Assembly: GCA_027021365.1 (NCBI GenBank)
Contig: JALUUM010000020.1
Span: 204,726 to 268,725 of the forward strand
DNA from: Spirochaetales bacterium
GTDB taxonomy: Bacteria > Spirochaetota > Spirochaetia > SZUA-6
Direction: 5' to 3'
Length of the DNA: 64,000 nucleotides
Shown here one piece after another: positions 40,403-49,082 of the stretch. How positions within the stretch are numbered: position 1 is the first letter of the stretch; each line of letters starts with the position of its first letter. The position numbers were made by a program, and so were the translations under genes. The notes below the pieces were generated by a model. That model was not told the DNA's origin. It saw only the letters and a program-made list of their open reading frames with translations, and made no database searches.

Positions 40403-40432
40403 ATGATAGCAGTTTTCAAAAAGGGTAGTCAA
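40403..40432 (-). promoter_or_regulatory. Putative sigma70 promoter of the OPX gene (TTGACT-18-TATCAT); the -10 ends 6 nt before ATG 40396
   Basis: Minus strand: -35 at 40432-40427 and -10 at 40408-40403. The -35 TTG is the ORF-track start codon. Confidence 0.45.
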
Positions 40433-40456
40433 GGTTGATGATTGTGATAATTCTTC

Positions 40457-40484
40457 TTGAAAAAATATTCATTTATCTTATCAT
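40457..40484 (+). promoter_or_regulatory. Putative sigma70 promoter (TTGAAA-16-TATCAT); the -10 ends 8 nt before ATG 40493
   Basis: -35 at 40457-40462 and -10 at 40479-40484. No SD. Confidence 0.45.
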
Positions 40485-40492
40485 AATAAATT

Positions 40493-41032
40493 ATGAAAGG
40501 GCTGTTTTCTCTGTTTTTTTTGTTATTCGGTTTTGCGATTCTTTTCGGTGAAGGAGGTGATAGCGATATGGCTTTTAGGCTTAGAAGTGCTTCTTTCGAG
40601 AACGGTGGAAGGATTCCCGTGGTTTACACATGTGACGGAAGGGATGTTTCACCACCCTTGAGCTGGGAGAATTCACCGGCAGGAACGAAGAGTTTCGTGT
40701 TGATATGTGACGATCCCGATGCTCCCGTGGGAACATGGGTTCACTGGGTTATCTACAACATTCCCCCGTCAACCAAGTCTCTTCCGGAAGCAGTACCGAC
40801 CGATAAAAAGCTAAAAGACGGTAGTATGCAGGGAAAGAATGACTTCGGAAGAATCGGCTATGGGGGACCGTGTCCTCCGAGGGGTAAACCTCACAGGTAC
40901 TTTTTCAAGCTATATGCCCTGGATACCATGCTAAAAGTAGATGGGGGTTTGAGGAAAAAGGAAATCTTAGGGCTTATCAAGGGCCATGTACTGGGAGAGG
41001 CAGAACTATACGGAACCTACGGAAGGAGTTGA
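40493..41032 (+). CDS. YbhB/YbcL family PEBP (Raf kinase inhibitor-like) protein with an N-terminal signal sequence
   Basis: Motifs SPPLSW, DPDAP.G.W.HW and GYGGPCPP..HRY. Confidence 0.85.
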   Translation: MKGLFSLFFLLFGFAILFGEGGDSDMAFRLRSASFENGGRIPVVYTCDGRDVSPPLSWENSPAGTKSFVLICDDPDAPVGTWVHWVIYNIPPSTKSLPEAVPTDKKLKDGSMQGKNDFGRIGYGGPCPPRGKPHRYFFKLYALDTMLKVDGGLRKKEILGLIKGHVLGEAELYGTYGRS

Positions 41033-41046
41033 TATCGCTTCGGTCT

Positions 41047-41985
41047 CTAATACTGCAGTTCCTCTGCGATTCTCAGTGATTCCTCTGCATACCTTCGTGC
41101 AAGGGGAATGTTCTTCCCCCTAAGTGCACGAATAAATATGTACTTCTGGTGCTCGTAGAGGAGGTAGAAAGTCTTCCGGATCTTGTAAAACTTTCCCTCC
41201 TCAGGTTCAAAGCCATACCCTTGCCAGAAGGCCGGAGGGGTCATGCCACAGTATTCAAGAACGGAAAAATCTATCTCAGGATCACCCCACAGCGCCCTGT
41301 CCCAGTCCACTATTCCCGAGATATTACCGTCTCTGTCGACAAGTATGTTCTGGGACCATATATCCATGTGAAGGAAAGAGGGTTCAGGCTCGTGAGAGAA
41401 TGCTCCTGCATGTCTTTCAAGAAGGCTTGTGAGCCAATCTGTCTCTTTGGTTGAGTATATCCCCGTTTTTGTAATGTCTGTGAGCAAGTTTCTCCATAGT
41501 CCGGAGAAGGTTATGAACCAGCGTTTCTCTCTGGGATGAGTATTGGTTCCCAGGGGATAACCATGCCAGTCATTCTTGATTGCGTGAATCTCTCTTACGT
41601 ATCTTCCAAGTGTAAAAAAGAGGGATTCCTGCCGATTCTTTCCGGTAAAACTCCACAGTGAGCTCTGAGATAGCGGAATGCCGGGTAGACGCTCCATCAA
41701 CAGCCAGTCCCTCTCTACTAGGGAACGGGAAAAATCATGGCGGATTATTCTTGCAATGGGAATGTCTGTTTTTTCACTTATCAACCTATGGATTCCCGGT
41801 TCCCTCCTCATCATGTTTTTCTCGTAGAATAGCTGTGGGACAGTGTCTTCAGGGGCAATACGCAAGACAAAGCGTTTTCCCTCTGATTCGACGAAGTATG
41901 AATCATTGAATTTTCCCGTGTCAATCCTTTTGTACCTGTAAGGGGCCAGGCTGAAAAGATTTTCGCAAATTCTCTCTACGACCAT
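41047..41985 (-). CDS. Phosphotransferase (APH/choline kinase-like) family protein. The ORF-track TTG start at 42054 is probably too long.
   Basis: Brenner motif HMDIWSQNILV and the DWD metal-binding motif. Confidence 0.75.
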   Translation of the reverse strand: MVVERICENLFSLAPYRYKRIDTGKFNDSYFVESEGKRFVLRIAPEDTVPQLFYEKNMMRREPGIHRLISEKTDIPIARIIRHDFSRSLVERDWLLMERLPGIPLSQSSLWSFTGKNRQESLFFTLGRYVREIHAIKNDWHGYPLGTNTHPREKRWFITFSGLWRNLLTDITKTGIYSTKETDWLTSLLERHAGAFSHEPEPSFLHMDIWSQNILVDRDGNISGIVDWDRALWGDPEIDFSVLEYCGMTPPAFWQGYGFEPEEGKFYKIRKTFYLLYEHQKYIFIRALRGKNIPLARRYAEESLRIAEELQY

Positions 41986-41995
41986 TTCAAAACAG

Positions 41996-42024
41996 AATAT
42001 CCACTTTTTTGTATGTGCTGTCAA
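41996..42024 (-). promoter_or_regulatory. Putative sigma70 promoter of the APH-like gene (TTGACA-17-GATATT); the -10 ends 10 nt before ATG 41985
   Basis: Minus strand: -35 at 42024-42019 and -10 at 42001-41996. No SD. Confidence 0.4.
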
Positions 42025-42117
42025 GAATTGCGTGGTAGATGCTGCGGTCGGCAAGAATCAATATAGGTGTTGGAACACTGTAATTTTAAATATTCAAAGT
42101 AATTCTATACAAAAAGA

Positions 42118-42146
42118 TTGAAGTAGTATTGCTTTTGGAGTAAACT
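42118..42146 (+). promoter_or_regulatory. Putative sigma70 promoter of gdhA (TTGAAG-17-TAAACT) with a ~47-nt leader and SD AAGGAG
   Basis: -35 at 42118-42123 and -10 at 42141-42146. Confidence 0.4.
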
Positions 42147-42199
42147 AACCACGTAATTGAAATTGTGTTTCAAATAACATTTTATTAAGGAGATTAAAG

Positions 42200-43456
42200 A
42201 TGAGCCAGGAAGAATTGAATCCCTTTGCGATTGCTCAGAAACAGCTCGACGAGGCTGCGAAGCTTTTGAAGCTGGATGAAGCCACTCACCAGGTTCTACG
42301 TTGGCCGATGAGAGAGCTTCATGTCACACTGCCAGTCAGGATGGATGACGGGAGTATCCAGGTTTTTCAGGGTTTCAGGGTTCAGTACAACGATGCGAGG
42401 GGACCAACAAAGGGAGGCATCAGGTTTCACCCGGCAGAGACGATAGACACGGTAAGGGCTCTTGCTGCCTGGATGACATGGAAGACTGCTGTGGTCGATA
42501 TTCCACTCGGAGGTGGAAAGGGAGGTGTTATCTGTAATCCCAAGGAGATGAGCGTTTACGAGCTGGAGCGCCTTTCGCGGCAGTACATAAGGCAGGTGGG
42601 AAGGATCATAGGCCCAACCAAGGATGTACCGGCACCGGATGTTTATACAACACCTCAGATAATGTCATGGATGATGGACGAATTCTACTGGCAGGAAGGT
42701 TACAATGCATTCGGCGTTATTACCGGTAAGCCACTGGCGCTTGGAGGCTCGAAGGGCAGAGGCGATGCCACTGCACGCGGAGGTGTATTCTGTATTCGTG
42801 AAGCCTGCAAGAAACTTGATATCGAGCCTTCGTCGGTTAGCTATGCGATTCAGGGTTTCGGAAATGCGGGACAGTTTGCAGCGACCCTGATGAAAGAGAT
42901 TCTCGGGGCGGAAAAGCTCGTGGCAGTTTCAGATTCCAAGGGCGGTGTGTATAACCCGAATGGGCTTGATCCTTACAAGCTGGTAGAATACAAGCTAAAG
43001 AATGGCAAGGTATCGGGATTCCCCGGTGCGGATTCAATATCCAACGAGGAGCTTCTTGAACTCGATGTGGACGTATTGATTCCTGCTGCACTCGAGAATG
43101 TGATTACCACGGACAATGCTTCGAGGATAAAAGCGCGTATCTCCGCAGAACTTGCAAATGGCCCCACAACCCCGGAAGCGGACAAGATACTATATGACAG
43201 GAACGTATTCGTTATTCCGGATTTTCTCTGCAATGCAGGTGGTGTTACAGTAAGTTACTTCGAACAGGTTCAGAATGCTTACAATTTTTACTGGACCTTG
43301 GATGAGGTTTACAAGAGATTGGATCAGAAGATGACCGATGCATTCCTCAATGTCTATGAGACGAGTAAGAAGCACAATGTGGATATGAGGCGAGCAGCCT
43401 ACGTGGTAGCTGTTTCACGAGTAGCGGAAGCTATGAAACTTCGTGGCTGGGTATGA
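42200..43456 (+). CDS. gdhA: Glutamate dehydrogenase (Glu/Leu/Phe/Val dehydrogenase family)
   Basis: Catalytic Lys region (GGGKGG) and a Rossmann motif GFGNAG. 418 aa. Confidence 0.9.
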   Translation: MSQEELNPFAIAQKQLDEAAKLLKLDEATHQVLRWPMRELHVTLPVRMDDGSIQVFQGFRVQYNDARGPTKGGIRFHPAETIDTVRALAAWMTWKTAVVDIPLGGGKGGVICNPKEMSVYELERLSRQYIRQVGRIIGPTKDVPAPDVYTTPQIMSWMMDEFYWQEGYNAFGVITGKPLALGGSKGRGDATARGGVFCIREACKKLDIEPSSVSYAIQGFGNAGQFAATLMKEILGAEKLVAVSDSKGGVYNPNGLDPYKLVEYKLKNGKVSGFPGADSISNEELLELDVDVLIPAALENVITTDNASRIKARISAELANGPTTPEADKILYDRNVFVIPDFLCNAGGVTVSYFEQVQNAYNFYWTLDEVYKRLDQKMTDAFLNVYETSKKHNVDMRRAAYVVAVSRVAEAMKLRGWV

Positions 43457-43500
43457 TTTTCTAGTTGCTGCTCTTCATCTACAAAATACGGAATCAGCGA

Positions 43501-43528
43501 AAAGCCGGCCTATGCAGGCCGGTTTTTT
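43501..43528 (+). terminator. Intrinsic terminator after gdhA
   Basis: GCCGGCC-TATGCA-GGCCGGT stem-loop flanked by AAA and TTTTTT. Confidence 0.8.
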
Positions 43529-43586
43529 ATTGAAATATGCGGAAAATATCGTTACATTCTTAAAAAACAGATAGTGAGGGTAAAAG

Positions 43587-44009
43587 GTGTTTTTCTTCTT
43601 TCCCTTTTTTGGTTTCTTCGGTTTTTTCGGGACGATTCTCATCGTGTATTTCGTTGCAAAACTCGGTATGCGGATATTCCGTGATCTCTTCGACGATGAT
43701 TACCTCTCCTCCGACTGGAAAAGATCTATCGGCGGTTCTCCTTTCATAAGAAGCTTCAAGCGTCCCAAGTTTCGTATAAAGAATACCGACGATGCAGAAC
43801 ACCAGATTTTCAGGCTGGCCAACAAGCTGAAGGGGCGAATCACAATTTCCGATATAGTCATAAATACCGGTCTCGGAATAAAAGAGGCGGAAGAAGTGAT
43901 GAACAAGCTGGTAGACGGGATGAGAGTGCGGATGGAGGTGGATGACCGAGGAATCGTGGTTTACGAATTTCCTGAGATAATTGCAAGGTACGAGGAAGAG
44001 GGCCGGTGA
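43587..44009 (+). CDS. Hypothetical membrane-anchored protein with a Phe-rich TM and a possible winged-helix C-terminal domain
   Basis: GTG start with SD GAGGG. The N-terminus is FFFFPFFGFFGFFGTILIVYFV. The stop overlaps the next start (GTGA). Confidence 0.5.
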   Translation: MFFFFPFFGFFGFFGTILIVYFVAKLGMRIFRDLFDDDYLSSDWKRSIGGSPFIRSFKRPKFRIKNTDDAEHQIFRLANKLKGRITISDIVINTGLGIKEAEEVMNKLVDGMRVRMEVDDRGIVVYEFPEIIARYEEEGR

Positions 44010-44524
44010 AGATTGGATATATACATCTTTACACAGGCAACGGAAAGGGGAAAACGACTGCTGCATTCGGAGTTGTTTTGAGGATGCTAGGAGCCGGGGG
44101 AAAGGTTTTTATTGGACAGTTCCTCAAAAAGGGAGATTATTCCGAAATAAAGGCTTTCAAAAGATGGGGAGAGAGCATTGAAATCGAGCAATTCGGAAGC
44201 GGGAGGTTCATAGTAGGTGAAGCGGACAAGACAGAGAAGGCCCTGGCACAAAGCGGATTCGAGAGGTGCAGGTCTGCAGTCGTTTCCGGAAAGTACGATC
44301 TCGTTGTGATGGACGAGGTAACACTTGCATTATCGATGGGTTTGATAGAAGAAAAATCCCTTTTGGAGCTTCTCGATGATAAACATGAGGCAGTGGAAAT
44401 CATTCTTACGGGAAGAAACGCCTCCCCGGTGTTGATAGATAAGGCGGATCTTGTTACGGAAATGATAGAGGTGAAGCATTATTTTCAAAGGGGAGTAAAG
44501 GCACGAATAGGTATAGAGGAGTAG
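44006..44524 (+). CDS. cobO: Cob(I)yrinic acid a,c-diamide / corrinoid adenosyltransferase (CobA/CobO/BtuR family)
   Basis: P-loop YTGNGKGKTTAAFG, DEV.. (Walker B-like) and C-terminal HYF..G..A. 172 aa. Confidence 0.8.
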   Translation: MKIGYIHLYTGNGKGKTTAAFGVVLRMLGAGGKVFIGQFLKKGDYSEIKAFKRWGESIEIEQFGSGRFIVGEADKTEKALAQSGFERCRSAVVSGKYDLVVMDEVTLALSMGLIEEKSLLELLDDKHEAVEIILTGRNASPVLIDKADLVTEMIEVKHYFQRGVKARIGIEE

Positions 44525-44528
44525 ATAG

Positions 44529-44942
44529 ATGCATGAACTGGCTCTTGCTGATGCAGTAATCGATGCGGTGGAGAAAAACCTCGGTGGAAGAGACCCATCT
44601 TCTGTAAAGAGAGTCCTGGTGATGCTTGGTGAATTACAGAATATCGATCTTGAAATATTTGAGCATGGTCTTAAGACCCTCCTCGAGGGAAAGGCTATAG
44701 ATTACCGAGTCTTTTCGATAGAGATAGAGGAGGCTGCTTTCCTATGTAATAACTGTGGCGAAAGCTGGAAATTAAGCGAACAGAGCGAAATCGATGAGGA
44801 GGAGAGGGAAGCGATTCATTTTCTTCCGGAGATGGCACATGTTTATATGAGCTGCCCAAACTGTGGCAGCAGAGATTTTACCCTGGAAAGTGGTAGGGGG
44901 GTATCCATAGCAGAGATCGAATTCGACATGATACCAAAGTGA
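44529..44942 (+). CDS. hypA: Hydrogenase nickel-insertion metallochaperone HypA, long-insert (Thermococcales-like) type
   Basis: N-terminal MHE Ni-binding motif. Two CxxC pairs (CNNC, CPNC) are separated by 33 residues. Confidence 0.8.
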   Translation: MHELALADAVIDAVEKNLGGRDPSSVKRVLVMLGELQNIDLEIFEHGLKTLLEGKAIDYRVFSIEIEEAAFLCNNCGESWKLSEQSEIDEEEREAIHFLPEMAHVYMSCPNCGSRDFTLESGRGVSIAEIEFDMIPK

Positions 44943-44986
44943 AACAAATCTTGTAATTTAACCTGATTTCAAGGAGTATTTAAGTT

Positions 44987-45730
44987 ATGGACCCGCGTCT
45001 CAGTGTACTGGAAAAGAGATTGTCCGGAGTAAGAAGAATCATCGCCTTTGCAAGTGCCAAGGGAGGAGTGGGGAAGAGTATCTGTTCCACAGTGTCTGCC
45101 CTGCTTCTTAGCAGGGATCATCGGGTTGGCCTTCTGGACCTCGATTTGCAGGGAGCATCTGACCATCTTATTTTGGGGAAGAACCCGTCGCTTCCCGAAG
45201 AGGACGGAGGAATAATTCCGCCTGCACTTTTCCCGAATCTCTCATTCATGGGGGTATCTCTGTTTTCAGGGAACGAACCGGTACCCCTTCGTGGCCAGGA
45301 TACGACAAATGCAATTGTGGAACTGCTCTCTGTAACGATATGGAAAAAACTAGATTTCCTTGTCATCGATATGCCACCGGGAATAGGGGAGGAAGTACTT
45401 GATCTCATCAGATTCATAGAGAGGCTTGAATATATTGTGATAAACACCCCTTCTCCTCTGTCTGAAAGTGTGGTTGATCGCCTCATAAAGATATTAAAGC
45501 TTTCCGATGCAAGGATTCTTGGAATCATGGAAAATATGGCCGGTATGGATGGCTCTGAAAGAAATGGGAGCAAGATGCTTGCAGAGAGAAATGGAATAGA
45601 TTTCATCGGAAAGGTTCATTTTATTCCGGGTCTCGATGGTATGGTTGGAAATGTGGATACCCTTCTCGAGTCTGCATTTGCAAATGAGTTAAAGATTATT
45701 ACCGAAAGGATAAAAGCTGCCGATCTGTGA
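44987..45730 (+). CDS. Mrp/MinD (ApbC/NBP35-like) P-loop ATPase, a candidate HypB-type partner of HypA
   Basis: Deviant Walker A SAKGGVGKS and Walker B FLVIDMPPG. SD AAGGAG lies upstream. Confidence 0.75.
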   Translation: MDPRLSVLEKRLSGVRRIIAFASAKGGVGKSICSTVSALLLSRDHRVGLLDLDLQGASDHLILGKNPSLPEEDGGIIPPALFPNLSFMGVSLFSGNEPVPLRGQDTTNAIVELLSVTIWKKLDFLVIDMPPGIGEEVLDLIRFIERLEYIVINTPSPLSESVVDRLIKILKLSDARILGIMENMAGMDGSERNGSKMLAERNGIDFIGKVHFIPGLDGMVGNVDTLLESAFANELKIITERIKAADL

Positions 45731-45829
45731 TCGCTTGAATCCATTGGCGGTTATGTAACAGTTCCGATTTTATCGGTGGGCAATCTTTTATTGTTAGGCA
45801 ATCATAGATAAACTTTATGGATGAACTAT

Positions 45830-45859
45830 GGAAAAAATATCATAGGAAAAAATATCATA
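45830..45859. repeat. Perfect 15-bp tandem direct repeat (GGAAAAAATATCATA x2) immediately upstream of the SDR gene RBS
   Basis: Read directly: 45830-45844 equals 45845-45859. Confidence 0.9.
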
Positions 45860-45873
45860 TTTTGGAGGTAATC

Positions 45874-46659
45874 ATGGAAACGGGACTTGAAGGAAAGAGA
45901 GCTTTGGTTTGTGGTGCAAGCAGGGGACTTGGCTTTGCATGTGCCAAAGCCCTGTGCAGAGAGGGTGCCCGGGTAGTTCTCCTTTCGAGAAATGAAGAAG
46001 CATTGCGGGAGAGAGTCGAATACCTTAAAGGCCAGGGTTGGGAGGCTTCCTACGTGGTCGGTGATCTTGCAAGAACTGAAGGTATACAGCAGCTTGCAGA
46101 AAGGGCCAGGTTGAAATACGGAGGTGTAGATATCCTGGTAAACAATGCGGGCGGTCCGCCTGCCGGGGACAATCTCTCATTCACATATCAGCAATGGGAA
46201 GATTCTTTCAGGCTTACCTTCTTGAGTGCAGAGGAGATGACCAAACACCTCATCCTTGATATGGCTGAGAGGGGATGGGGAAGGGTAATAAACCTCACTT
46301 CAATCACGGTAAGACAGCCTGTCACTGGTTTGATACTTTCGAACAGTATCAGAATGGCTGTAGTAGGATGGGCGAAAACGCTGTCTCTGGAGTTTGCCGG
46401 AAGTGGCGTAACGGTGAACAATATTGCCACGGGTTATACACTTACAGAGAGAATCGAGGAACTTGCCACTTCACGGGCAGAGAAATCGGGTAAGACCGTG
46501 CAAGAGGAAATTGAATCGATGGCAGCACAGATTCCAATGAAGAGGATGGCTGATCCGGATGAAATAGCGTCTGTAGTTGCATTCCTTGCAAGTTCCAAAG
46601 CATCTTACATCACCGGTAGTACCATTGCAGTTGATGGAGGCTACATAATAGGAATGTAG
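45874..46659 (+). CDS. Short-chain dehydrogenase/reductase (FabG-like). The ORF-track start at 45817 is probably too long.
   Basis: GASRGLG cofactor motif, NNAG, and a catalytic S...Y...K-type region. SD GGAGG is 5 nt before ATG 45874. Confidence 0.8.
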   Translation: METGLEGKRALVCGASRGLGFACAKALCREGARVVLLSRNEEALRERVEYLKGQGWEASYVVGDLARTEGIQQLAERARLKYGGVDILVNNAGGPPAGDNLSFTYQQWEDSFRLTFLSAEEMTKHLILDMAERGWGRVINLTSITVRQPVTGLILSNSIRMAVVGWAKTLSLEFAGSGVTVNNIATGYTLTERIEELATSRAEKSGKTVQEEIESMAAQIPMKRMADPDEIASVVAFLASSKASYITGSTIAVDGGYIIGM

Positions 46660-46677
46660 ATTATAATGTAGATTATA
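46654..46677. repeat. Perfect 12-bp tandem duplication (ATGTAGATTATA x2) that includes the SDR stop codon
   Basis: Read directly: 46654-46665 equals 46666-46677. Confidence 0.9.
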
Positions 46678-46737
46678 ATAAATGTCTTCTGCATGAATTA
46701 CCGGTGAAAAAAATTTTCATTATTATGATATTTTTGG

Positions 46738-46752
46738 CTCATATTGTATGAG
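46738..46752. promoter_or_regulatory. 15-bp perfect inverted repeat CTCATA-TTG-TATGAG, 5 nt upstream of the -35 of the ABC operon promoter; candidate operator
   Basis: Palindrome read directly. Its position relative to the promoter suggests a regulator site. Confidence 0.3.
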
Positions 46753-46757
46753 AATTA

Positions 46758-46787
46758 TTGACAACGATTAATCCCCCGATTTATTAT
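46758..46787 (+). promoter_or_regulatory. Putative sigma70 promoter of the ABC transporter operon (TTGACA-18-TATTAT)
   Basis: -35 at 46758-46763 and -10 at 46782-46787. The leader carries a G-rich SD. Confidence 0.45.
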
Positions 46788-46834
46788 GAATTGAGGGTCT
46801 TCGGGCCTTTAAAAAATCATTAAAGGGGGGTTTT

Positions 46835-48076
46835 ATGAAAAAACTCAAAAGATTTTTGCTCATCGCGATTCTTCTCGCCCTTCTGCCAGGATTTATCTTT
46901 GCAGGTGGACAGAAGGAAAAACCAAAGGTTACATTCTTCTGGGCACTGTATGACGGTCTTACGGAAGATTTCAGAGCAAGTCTGCAGGATGCTTTTATGA
47001 AGGCAAATCCTGATATTGATCTGGATATAGTCCCTGTGCCTTGGAAGAATATGCACGACAAGATTACGACATCTCTTGCCGGCGGTAATCCTCCGGAAAT
47101 ATCGGTAATCGGTACAAGGTGGCTCCTCGAGCTGATGGGAATGAATGCTGTGGATGAGGTATCCAAGTATGTAAGTAAGTCCACTCTGGACAACATAGCC
47201 CCCGGAGCAATGGAAGCGAAGATCAATGGTAAACTGATGGGTCTCCCGGTAGCGGCAGGCGCAAGAATCATGGCGATAAACTCCAGCATTACTACTTTTG
47301 TACCAAAGACCATGGAAGAACTGAGGCAGGAGGCTATCAGGGTAAACAATCCGCCCAATGTTTATGGCCTTATAATGCCCGGAAAGAAGCATACGGAGCT
47401 TACAGACTTTGCATACTATCTGTTGGCTGCTGGCGGATACTTCTTCGAGATTAAACCCGACGGAAGCTATGGAAAGTGTACTGTAAACTCTCCCGCTGGA
47501 GTCAAGGCTCTTACCTTTATGAACCAGCTTGCCAATGTTGACAAGGTAGTTCAGAAGGGTTATCTCTCGATGAACAGAATGGAGTCTCACCCTGTATTCT
47601 ATGCCGGGAAAGCGGCATACGTATTTATCGGTGCCTGGGTTGAGTCTGCAATGAAGCAGGCAAAGTCCAACTTTAAGCCAATCTACGCTCAGATTCCACC
47701 GTTCAAAGGGAACAAGTCAACTCCGCTCATAATTACAGACTCGATAGCTTTCTTCAAAGATGCAAAGAACCTTAAGGCAGCCGGCAAGTTTATTGACTTC
47801 TTCTACCAGGATAAGTGGAAGGCCAAGTTCGATGAACTCGTAGGTTTCCCGCCCGTAACGATTTCTGCAAGCAAGCTTCCTCAGTTCCAGACACCTCTCT
47901 ACAAGACTCTCGGGGAGGCAGCACTCAATGCAAAGGGCTGGCCGCTGATGGATGGCTGGGCCGAGTATTCCGATATAATCTGGGATGCGGTGCAGAATGT
48001 ATTCCTGCAGAAACAGACACCGAAAGAAGCACTTGATGAAGCTGCTGCAAAGATCGACAAGGCAAGAGGTATGTAA
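46835..48076 (+). CDS. ABC transporter extracellular solute-binding protein, family 1 (CUT1 sugar type)
   Basis: Signal peptide, ~410-aa SBP_bac_1-like sequence, and two MalFG-type permease genes downstream. Confidence 0.85.
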   Translation: MKKLKRFLLIAILLALLPGFIFAGGQKEKPKVTFFWALYDGLTEDFRASLQDAFMKANPDIDLDIVPVPWKNMHDKITTSLAGGNPPEISVIGTRWLLELMGMNAVDEVSKYVSKSTLDNIAPGAMEAKINGKLMGLPVAAGARIMAINSSITTFVPKTMEELRQEAIRVNNPPNVYGLIMPGKKHTELTDFAYYLLAAGGYFFEIKPDGSYGKCTVNSPAGVKALTFMNQLANVDKVVQKGYLSMNRMESHPVFYAGKAAYVFIGAWVESAMKQAKSNFKPIYAQIPPFKGNKSTPLIITDSIAFFKDAKNLKAAGKFIDFFYQDKWKAKFDELVGFPPVTISASKLPQFQTPLYKTLGEAALNAKGWPLMDGWAEYSDIIWDAVQNVFLQKQTPKEALDEAAAKIDKARGM

Positions 48077-48113
48077 CCTGGTTAAATGATGATGAAAGGG
48101 TAGCCTTATTTTC

Positions 48114-48140
48114 GGCACGGGGGCTTATGGTCCCTGTGCC
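48114..48140 (+). other. Intercistronic stem-loop between the SBP and permease genes (9-bp stem), possibly an mRNA stabiliser or partial terminator
   Basis: GGCACGGGG pairs with CCCTGTGCC (one G-U pair), with a 9-nt loop. Confidence 0.45.
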
Positions 48141-48170
48141 GATTATTGTATCGAATAGGAGGGAGAGATA

Positions 48171-49082
48171 TTGTCAAGTCAAGCGGTTGTTATAAAAAAA
48201 TCAAAACTCTTGAATGAAGAGGCAAGACTTGCCTATATATTACTCGCTCCGGCTGTGATTGTTCTGGTAGCATTCATGTTCTATCCCATTATCTATGTTT
48301 TCCTGATGTCATTCTTTGATACTGACAAACTTGGAAGGCTAAGAAGTTTCGCAGCTTTCAAAAATTACAAAGTTCTCTTTCAGACCAAGGATTTCTGGAC
48401 GATTACGGGACGTTCAATTCTCTGGACTGTAATAGGAGTTACAACAAAGACCCTGTTTGGTTTGATAATAGCTCTTCTTCTGAACATAGAGTACCGAGGC
48501 AGGAAATTTGCAAGGATGCTTTTCATAATACCATGGGCCTCGGCAGTACCTATCAGTGCCATGTTATGGCAATGGGTTTACAATCCTGAGTTCGGTCTGT
48601 TAAATTTTACACTCCAGGCAACAGGGATCTGGAAAAACCCGCCAATTTGGCTCGGTCAGCCTATTTCTGCTTTTTTTGCATGTATGTGGGTGGACATATG
48701 GATAGGGATTCCCTTCATGTCGTTGGTCTTTCTTGCAGGGATGCAGGCGATTCCCAATGAATTGTATGAATCCGCATACATAGACGGCGTGAATTCATTT
48801 CAAAAATTCTTCTACATCACTCTGCCCGGTATAACGGAATTGATAATGATAGCAACCCTCCTTTCCAGTCTCTGGACCTTCAATGACTTCAATGTCATTT
48901 ATATTCTGACAAAGGGAGGACCGGGAGGAGCCACTGATATCCTTATCACTTCTGTTTACAAGAATGGTTTCGAATGGCTTAAATTCAACATCGCATCGGT
49001 CATGGCGGTAGTGACCTTCCTCATATTGGCAATCGTAAGTATCGTCTATGCAAAGATATACTTCGGAAGGGAGAGGAAATAA
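48171..49082 (+). CDS. Sugar ABC transporter permease (MalF/UgpA-like)
   Basis: Six TM helices and an EAA-loop region (ESAYIDGVNSFQKFFYITLP). TTG start with SD AGGAGG. Confidence 0.85.
   Translation: MSSQAVVIKKSKLLNEEARLAYILLAPAVIVLVAFMFYPIIYVFLMSFFDTDKLGRLRSFAAFKNYKVLFQTKDFWTITGRSILWTVIGVTTKTLFGLIIALLLNIEYRGRKFARMLFIIPWASAVPISAMLWQWVYNPEFGLLNFTLQATGIWKNPPIWLGQPISAFFACMWVDIWIGIPFMSLVFLAGMQAIPNELYESAYIDGVNSFQKFFYITLPGITELIMIATLLSSLWTFNDFNVIYILTKGGPGGATDILITSVYKNGFEWLKFNIASVMAVVTFLILAIVSIVYAKIYFGRERK

Noticed and set aside
43560-44066. 168-aa minus-strand ORF opposite the 43587 gene
   Set aside because: The plus-strand ORF has an SD, a TM helix and translational coupling to cobO. The minus ORF has no start signals, and a terminator for gdhA lies just upstream in the opposite sense.
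46768-47590. Two long minus-strand ORFs (196 and 256 aa) antisense to the ABC solute-binding protein gene
   Set aside because: They lie wholly inside a well-supported SBP gene. Their translations are low-complexity and Ser/Cys/Arg-rich, there is no RBS, and they overlap each other in different frames. This is typical of shadow ORFs.
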